The notes beneath the pieces were generated by a model. That model had not been told where the DNA came from and ran no database searches. It worked only from the letters and a program-made list of their open reading frames with translations. Made by a program: the position numbers and the translations under genes. From assembly GCF_006345805.1 (NCBI RefSeq), contig NC_042999.1, forward strand, positions 143,220,001 through 143,284,000: a DNA stretch of 64,000 nt, read 5' to 3'. This document shows positions 55,233 through 64,000 of the stretch, in pieces. The stretch is from Octopus sinensis. Its lineage: Eukaryota. Numbering within the stretch: position 1 is the stretch's first letter; each line of letters starts with the position of its first letter.

Positions 55233-56035
55233 CCACACTGCTCCTGCTTTCCTTTCTGCGTTTCCGGGACACAGACACAGGTCTTAGCCTACTTTTAAAA
55301 CATGATGTGTTAAAGTTGTCTTCTGTTATACTCCTCCACCCGACTTCATGTTTTGACCATGTGAGATCGGATTGGAAAAGTTCAAGCGCAGGACATACGG
55401 CAGGAGGTAAAGGGAAGTGTATTTGTGTGTGTGTGTGTGTTGTGTGTGTGTGTGTGTGTGTGTGTGAGTGTGTGTGCGTGCGTGTGTGCTGTACGCGTGT
55501 CTGTGACAATATGAGTGGCTGAGTGCGCGTGAAGTTATGCGGATATAGGTAGATATGTGCTAGTTGTTGCTTAGCCGCCTCACGTCAGCTCTCACCAAGC
55601 AGGCCTATAATCATTTCATTCTCCCACCCAGGAACTGAGTACCTGGACTATACATTATTCAGTCTGTCCTTTTTAAGAAAGCTGGATATAATTTGAGGGA
55701 GATTTAGTTGCTATTTCTTGTAGCTCGAGCGAGTACGTAGAGCCTTTTCCTATTGATTCTGGTCTTTTGGTGAAAGGTATGTGTGTGTATATGTATGTGT
55801 GTGTGTGTGTGTGTGCACTCATGTATATATATGTATGTATGCATGTATGTATGTATGTATGTATGTATGTATGTATGTATGTATGTATTATGTATGTATG
55901 TATGTATGTATGTATGTCATTATTCAGTTTATTTCAAGTTTTCTTGCCAATAGAGAAAGAACCGGTTTCTAACCTAGATACAAGGTTCCTTCATTTGAAT
56001 TTCAACATCAACAACAGGGTATTTTTGTATGTATG

Positions 56036-56069
<34 letters not shown>

Positions 56070-56207
56070 TGTATGTATGTATGTATGTATGTATGTATGT
56101 ATGTATGTATGTATGTACGTACGTACGTACGTACGTATGTATGTATGTATGTATGTATGTATGTATGTATGTATGTATATATCTATCTATCTATCTATCT
56201 ATATGTG

Positions 56208-56238
<31 letters not shown>

Positions 56239-56239
56239 T

Positions 56240-56410
56240 CTTTTACTTGTATCGGTCATTAGATTGCGGCCATGCTGGGGCACCACCTTGAGGGAATTTT
56301 AGTCGAAGAAACGACCCCAGTATTTATTTTGAAGCCTGCTACTTATTCTATCGCTAAGTTACGGGGACGTAAACACATCAACATCGGCTGTCCAGTGGGG
56401 TGGAGGAAAA
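56240..56410 (-). mobile_element. SINE family B, 3' part
   Basis: TGCGGCCATGCTGGGGCACCACC...TACTTATTCTATCG...GTTACGGGGACGTAAACACA. Confidence 0.75.
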
Positions 56411-56569
56411 ACTCACACACACACACACACACACATATATTTATTTCTTTATTGCCCACCACCACCACCATTACCACCTCCACTACGACAAGAACAGCAA
56501 CAAACAACCGCAGCAGCATCTAATCAAAATTATTATCAGCGAAAATAGCACCATCATCACCATCGCCAA

Positions 56570-56690
<121 letters not shown>

Positions 56691-58539
56691 CCCGCTACAA
56701 CGAAAAGTAGAACTATACTGTAACTAATACTATATCACAACCACCTACTTACCATAACTACTAATACCATCACTACCATCACAACACAACTACTAAGGTG
56801 ATTCCAGACAACGAAAATGCCTCTACGTGGCCCGTCGAACTGCTAAAAATAATAGCTGAATTTCCCTCAGATAACACTCTACTATTTCGAAAAGTGACGC
56901 TCTGGATAAAGAAGATCCTGGGTTCACCACACATAAGGAAATGACCCTATGGTAACGGTTAGAATGCCTTTGTTCATAGGTTTGTTTGATCAAGGTCGAC
57001 CTGGGGCTAGACAATTACAAAAACAATTACAACAGCAGCAAGAGCAGTAGCAACATCATCATCAACAGCATTAGCATCAGCATCACCAGCATCAGCAGCA
57101 GCAGCAGCGGCAATCACTGTAACCATCATCTATCACAGCTACCATCAACCACCACAATCACACACCTGAAAACCACAATAGTCATTTTTACCTGAGATCA
57201 AGAAATGTCGGCCAGTACATCTTCCGGATCATGTTTCTTGCCGCCCTTTCATGTAGGCTGGGTTTACTTATTTTTCATATATTGCTGTACCAGGGGAACA
57301 AAATACTAAATTCTATTGAGTGGATTTGCTGTAGCATTTAGCGGTGTTTATATTGAGTAAATAGTATTTGGATTGTGAAATGGAATTGGAATTTAAATCG
57401 GTCGGCAACACAGGCAACAAATTTGTGATCTGTACGGTCGACCTAGATAAGACATAAACATACGGACACAGGCTACAGGAAAGCGAACTAGTTTGGTTTG
57501 GCGGCAGTTAACATGGAGCATCGTCAATAACGGGACGCTCGGACGATTGCGATTAGAGAAGAATGAATAATGTTTAGCAAAGATGCGATAGAGAAAAATA
57601 GTTGGGCCGGTCAGTCGACTAGTGATGTTAGCAGACTAAACGCGAACAGACTTCGATAGCTTGTTGTAAACGCGGAGTACTGAAAAAATCCGATAACAGC
57701 AGCTGAGATACAGCTGGCGATAAGTGATCGTTCGACGTGCAAATAGTTTAGTACGGATGTTCTGCCACATGAGCTTCATGTATATATATATATATATACC
57801 ACACACATTCGCCGATATTTTTTTCAGACTGCAGCTGACAGCAGAATAGGAGTATTTCCGGTTCTGTGAGAGAGGGATTGTGAAGCTATTGTGGAAGAAC
57901 GCAAACAAGGTGATATTAATGATATCCGGCACATAATTCTACTGGACGACGACGCAAAAGAAAATACTGAAAAGAGAGAAATTGCTGTACGGCCAAACCC
58001 TCATTGATTTTATAAGTCCCACTTGGAGAAAAATGGAGGGTGGAAAGAGAGCTGCTATCCTCTCACCCCAGGAAATTTATTGAAAGGTCGATGTCAGTGG
58101 TAAACACGGTAAGGGTGAACTGATTGAGCTTAATCTCAGCTTGCACATTTAGGGTGAAACATTCCAGCCGGGAGATGACAAATGCCCAGTGTAATTCTGA
58201 ATCCTTGAACGACCCTAGGTAACTGCCTTTTACTGGGGACCTTAACTCCTTGTTATCTGTTGCTTCTTTTCTTTTCCTTTTTTGCTCCCACTTTTGTATC
58301 GCGTTTTGTACTATTCCCTATATATATTTGCGACCAATACAGAAATCGTCATCATCATCATCATCATCATAATCGTCGTCATCATCATCATCATCATCGT
58401 CGTCGTCGTCGTGGCCGTGGTCGTCATGATGATGATGATGAACAACAACAACAACTACAACAACTTAAACAACATTATTCTGCTTTCTAGTACATGCTCG
58501 AATGCTACGCAACGCTTTCGAAGGGAAATTTTAACATAA

Positions 58540-58675
58540 AATACTAGGCCTGAAATTAGAGTCAGTCGATTAAATCGATACTTGTATTAGACTAGTACTT
58601 TATTTTATCGAGTCCGAAAGGATGAACGGCAGAGTTGACTGTGGGGAACTTGAACTTAGACTCTAAAGCACCGAA
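58540..58675 (-). mobile_element. SINE family A, degenerate copy
   Basis: TAGTACTTTATTTTATCGAGTCCGAAAGGATGAACGGCAGAGTTGAC matches the family A body in reverse. Confidence 0.7.
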
Positions 58676-59114
58676 ACAAATAAATAATTTCAGCCAAAAT
58701 ATCAGAAATTATAGCTGCAGTTTCATTTGCTTTCTCACCAACAACCTCGAGTGTCTGCTTGTATCGTTCACATGATGTTGGGCTATCATTTCCTTGTATA
58801 TTTCCCATTATTCAGATTTATTATTCAGAAGTGGTCACCCTAGGATATAGTTGATCGTTTCTTGACATTGATCACAGGTTGCATCTAAGTTTGATATTTG
58901 ACTTTCTTATGTATTTCTGATGATATTCAGCTGAGAACATTAGTCTTAAGCAGCAACTATCTGGCTTTTAGTTTCACTTCAAGTGAAAGGCTATGAAGTC
59001 TGAAGAACCTCTGATCTTTCCTATGATATTTATTCATTCTTTTTAGGGTTTTTCTTTCTTTACATTTAAAAAAAATTATTGCTATTTAAAAAAAATTCTG
59101 TTATAAATTATCTT

Positions 59115-59460
59115 TTACTTGCTTGAGTAAATGGCCTGTCTCATGCTGGGACGCTTCTTTGAAGGGTTTAGTCGAACATAATGACCCAGTACTTATTGTT
59201 TTTAACCCGGGTACGTATTCTATCGGTCTCTTTTTGTCCAACCGCTAAATAACGAGAACGTAAACAAACTAGCAAACGGAGGTGGTGGTGGGATAAATGC
59301 AAACACACATACACATAGATATATACATATAAACGACAGGTTTCCTTCTCTTTCTACCCATCAGATCCACTTACAAGGTTTTGGTCGACCCGGGGCTATA
59401 GTAGAAAGCAATTGCCCAGGATGCCGAGATAGTTGGAAGGCAAATCTCTAACTACACAGC
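59115..59460 (-). mobile_element. SINE family B, degenerate full-length copy
   Basis: Both halves are present in reverse (TATTCTATCGGTCTCTTT...; TGGTCGACCCGGGGCTATAGTAGAAAG). Confidence 0.7.
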
Positions 59461-60487
59461 TGCGACTGCGCTTATAATGTTAAAATTTAAATATAAGTAT
59501 ATCTATTGCCTTTAATATCAGATGTTTTTAGATAATAGATAATTATGTACTTCTCGTTGTATCACCATAAATTATTACTTTGCTTTTTTCATGCATTGCA
59601 ACAATTTTGTTTAATTCGCGAAGGTAAATTATAATATAGACGCTCTGTATATCATCTTCACTTTGATCTCTTTGGGGATAAAAATGTCGTGTCTGACAAC
59701 GTAGTTTGAATTGTTGCTTTCTTCTTTTCGTGTCTAGATATTGGATCATTTGCAACTTCCAGTTTGTACCAGCATTTCTGTGTTCAAATCTCACTAAATA
59801 ACGTCTTCGCTTTTATTATTTCATGGTCAGTAAGTACCTGCCAAATAGTGGAGTCGATTTAAGTGATCATATCCCACCGCTAAAACTCTTGGTTCTTAAT
59901 TACTATTGTTGTTTATGATTTGAGAGATACAGCAAAAGTTTCTTTTCTTACATCATAAAAACGTTTACATACAATTGGAGAGATGCACTCTATTATAATT
60001 ATTTAATGTCATGGTAGTTTGATGGGTAGTGATAGATAGTTGGTTGCGTAAATAATGACTGTTGAAGACACGAGCAATCGAGTGCAAACTACAAAGTCAG
60101 ATATCAATCTATGACAGATATTAAGCCTAGCGCTAACAATACAGGATAACAGCTACAACAACAACTCGCATCTCTGATTAATTATATGTCACTAGGAGCA
60201 TCAAACACATGTTTTTATATAGTGTGTGCGTGCGTGCGTGTGTGTGTGCGCTTGTGTGTTTGTGACCTTGTCACTTTGTGACAAAGTATATTCATGTGTG
60301 TGCTCATACACGTGTATTCTTAGCAGAATTGTCCGGCAGAATCAGCGTGGCACATTGCACAGTAAGGTTGGACCTTTGATTTAAAGCGGGGAAAACGGTC
60401 CAATGGGTTTCCAAACAGTTTTTGTCTACCAATTTTACTCAACCTTGAGGTCATAGAAAATGGCACACGCTCAGAATGTTAAGTAGT

Positions 60488-60532
<45 letters not shown>

Positions 60533-60534
60533 CG

Positions 60535-60582
<48 letters not shown>

Positions 60583-61500
60583 CACACACACACGCACACA
60601 CACGCGCGCGCGCGCATGCATGCATACACACACACATATGCGCACGCACATTCTTCAAGCGTTCCTCCTGCCGGACCAGGAATCTTTGCCCCCTCTTAGC
60701 TTTTGTAGGTCTTCAATTTTATGCTGTGTCTGCCAATAAAATCATTGTAGTTCAGTAGTCTTTATCCTCTAGTAGAGTGCAAATGCTCCTAAAATATACG
60801 ATTTAATATGGTCTCTGTACATTTCCTCATCAGTTATATCATTAAACCTCGCAAGAAAGATATGAATATCACAAGATCTAATTTTCCTACCTCTAAAAAT
60901 ATGGGACCTCGTACCGTGTAAACAAAAGCTATTATAAAGCCAGGTCAGTAGTAACGAATACTAATCAATAGTAATACGTAGCAGTGGTCAGCTCACGTTG
61001 AGTGAATTTTGCGACCTTCTTTCGATTCTCGATTGAAACTATATTCTCTTCATTCGTATTTTGCTAATGTCCTAGAAAGGCATGTCCAATACAGAATTGT
61101 ATTTCACTAATGTAAATATGTTACTGTGACACTGGGATGTCACGGCAGTGCTTATGACCCATGTCCAAGTTGCCGAGTCTGGTCGGAAGAAGAGATGAAA
61201 TTATCCCGACAAAGGGTCTGGTCTGAAGGTTTGCAATAGAGAGGGCTCCGCTAAAAAACACTCAAGAATCACTCACGTTGTACGGATGATGGCGGTTACA
61301 GCGCAATCTCTAGGCAAAAATACCCCACTGTGTAATCGGCATGTGATTCATTTGCTTTTAGTGTTAAGTTCCAAACGATATTTGAGTGCCATTTAATAAG
61401 GTGTCGGCTCCATATGGAAAATTTGCCCTAGATAAACTACATGAAAACGAAATCTTCAAGTGCCGACTCTGCAACTCAATATGCTACAGGATTTACTCAC

Positions 61501-61536
61501 ACCCACAATAGTTTTTTTCTTTCTATATGTCGCCAT
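61501..61536 (-). CDS. Possible first coding exon MATYRKKKTIVG, ending phase 0
   Basis: CTT-ATG-GCG start context and donor GGT|GTGAGT; phase matches the large exon acceptor. Very short, so it could be chance. Confidence 0.2.
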
Positions 61537-62394
61537 AAGGGCGGCGAATAAAATAGACCGGTGTGGGTGTTGCGTCTATTGCTATCTCTGTTTTTCTCTG
61601 AAGTCTAACAAAATCCCTAGTTACTGAAACTTGCTAAGTGATATGAACCAAATTCAATAAGAATTTTTGTCATGTTTTCATTTTCATTGACTTCTGTTTA
61701 TAAATTCTTTTCTCACTTAGAGTTCTATTATATTAGTTCCATTAGAGTGAGCCGTGGAGCGGAGCGAAGCTTCCAGTGCGATGAGTTCACAGCTTTGGTT
61801 TCAAATCCCGCTTGTAGTTATTTCATATGTTCCTAATACGACTGAAAAGTTTTTTTAATCGATATTCATACATATAGTTGATAATGAATGGCCTTTTTAC
61901 AACGCTCGCTGCTTTTACTGGATCTAATTTACTAAGGTAAAACATTACACATTTTTAACAGAGGAGACTGATATTGTGTAATATTCGTGGCTTTCTATAA
62001 TATCAGAGGCGCAAAGAAGTGGGTTGGTTTCAGTGGGAATTCGAATTTGTGTTTCAAATTCTGGTGACTGAAATATGTCTGGCTTTGTTCTGCTCACTAC
62101 CACTACCGACCTTTTTTTTTTTAAATGAACAAAATCAACTTTTGCAGGGGAAAGGATACAGTCAATCGAATCATCTTCAGTATAATACAGATACTTATTC
62201 TATCGGTCTGGAGAGAGGTAAATGGCAATAAATTCAGAACTTAGAAAAACAAACTTAAATACTATTTAGAGCCTTGTTTCACAATTTAGTCAATAGCTTT
62301 GTTTGACTAAACATAACTTCGTACTTTATTGGCAGACGAGAAGTTTATTGTGAAGCTGATTCCTTTCCTGAAGTATTAACGATATCAATTCATG

Positions 62395-62735
62395 AAAATT
62401 GATCGGGCTGAGAAGCCATACAGAGTACACGGACTTTATTCACCCGAAATTAACTATTCACTGGCCACGGGCTGTGTGTTATGTTCTTGAGCAAGACACT
62501 TTACTTCATGTTGATCCACTTCACTCGGCTGCTAAAATGAGTTGTGTCGTCACTGGTGTCAACCTGTCTCGGCCTTTTGCCTTTCGGTGGCGTGGAGAGC
62601 GGAGACTGGCATGCATGGGCGACAGCTGGTCTTTCATAAACAACTTTGCTCGGACTTGTGCCTCGGGGACGAACTTTCTATGTGCAATCCCATGGCCATT
62701 TGTGACCAAAGGGACTCTTTACTCTTTACCCTAGT
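62395..62735 (+). mobile_element. SINE with CORE/V-SINE-like central segment (family D)
   Basis: GTTCTTGAGCAAGACACTTTACTTCATG...GCTGCTAAAATGAG resembles the conserved central motif of CORE/V-type SINEs (recalled consensus); short TTTAC repeat tail. Confidence 0.5.
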
Positions 62736-62863
62736 GTACTGAAACTTGGCCACAAAATTAAGCAATAACGAACCGAAATTTAACCAATAGCTAACCAACT
62801 GTCCTACTACTACTACTACTACTACTACTACCATTATTATTATTACTATTATTATTATTCAGG

Positions 62864-63060
62864 CGGCGAGTTGGCAGAATCGTTAACATTCCGGGCGAAA
62901 TGCTTAGCTACGTTCTGAGTTCAAATTCGGCCGAAGTCGACTTTGCCTTTTATCCTTTCGAGGTCGATAAATTAAGTGCCAGTTGAGTACTGGGGTCGAT
63001 GTGATTGACTATCCCCCTCCCCACAAAATCCAGGCCTTCCATCTTTATTAGAAAGGATTA
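62864..63060 (+). mobile_element. SINE family A copy
   Basis: GGCGGCGAGTTGGCAGAATCGTTAAC...CTGGGGTCGATGTGATTGAC followed by an (ATT)n-like tail. Confidence 0.85.
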
Positions 63061-63961
63061 TTATTATCATTACTATTATTATTAAATATTATATCGAAGA
63101 AGCTACGGAAGAAACTATAGAAGAATTAGAATATTCTTTTAATTTGTTGCACGAACATTCCTCCGGCAATAGAATTTAACGTGCAACCCAACTCCCTGTT
63201 TATTACACTGCGTACATAATATTTCAAGACATGATTGATTATCTCGATGACAATCACTTTTTTTTCAAGATAAGATCTAAAGATTTTTTTTTACCTGAGG
63301 GATGAAGGACAATAGGAAATAAAATTATACCATTTTTAAGGGCAGGGAGGGCAGAAACGGTATAGTGTTAAACTAAACATGGTAAAGTATTTAACTACCA
63401 CTTTATCAATTCTAAGTTCAAATCTCGACTTGGCTGGTAGAATTTTCCTTTGACCTCTACTCCATCGATTAAGTAACTATAAGTATTTCACCGATTGTTG
63501 ATTTAATGGACGTTGTTTCAATGTTTGCTTTGTTAAAAAAAAACTGCGTTAATGGCAAAGAAAGTGCAGTGGAGGTATAACCAGTAGAGTACCGTAAATG
63601 GCAACCGGCAGTCTTTAGTTTTAAGTTCTGAGTCTCATTCATGAAGCAGTATCAATATATTCGTCTAGAGCCTGTTACGTTCAAATATTGGCAGTGTGCT
63701 TATGCTAGAAATCAATATTTAGTTACATGCCGTTACATCCCAAGTTCATTAGGACGAATTGCCTTTCATTCTTTCGGGGTATATCAAATAAAATACCAGT
63801 CATTAACTCGTGTCGATTAAGTAACTATACTCATTCCTTAAAATGTGTAGCTTTCAGTAGTAAAAATACTAAAAGATTGCCACTATGGTAAGTAGGTGAG
63901 TAGGCGAGAGACCTAAACAACTTGTGACGCTAGAACAAGACCAAAGAAGAGATTTATAGAC

Positions 63962-63992
<31 letters not shown>

Positions 63993-64000
63993 CTTCTTCT

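Overview
Eukaryotic, AT-rich, extremely microsatellite-dense genomic DNA. The SINE families and repeat style look like an octopus (cephalopod) genome; this is recognised from memory, not database-checked. No prokaryotic operon, CRISPR array, rRNA or intact tRNA gene was seen. The one well-supported coding feature is a very large minus-strand internal exon (43582-46419; 2838 nt, 946 codons, phase 0/0, canonical AG/GT). It encodes a low-complexity protein segment (poly-Q/N/T/S/P/G) that I cannot name, plausibly a transcriptional regulator. Several small minus-strand candidate exons (35116-35149, 23146-23242, 17737-17766, 12565-12599, 439-458) chain to it in frame, and 23146-23242 resembles the first helix of a pipsqueak-type HTH. 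The rest is presumed intron filled with at least four SINE families, decayed RTE and other LINE fragments, a Tc1/mariner remnant, a non-autonomous Helitron, a MITE, a ~700 bp permuted inverted duplication and a 100-N scaffold gap. Almost all other ORFs in the supplied track are translated microsatellites. I found no convincing novel biological system; the findings are hypotheses ranked by interest.
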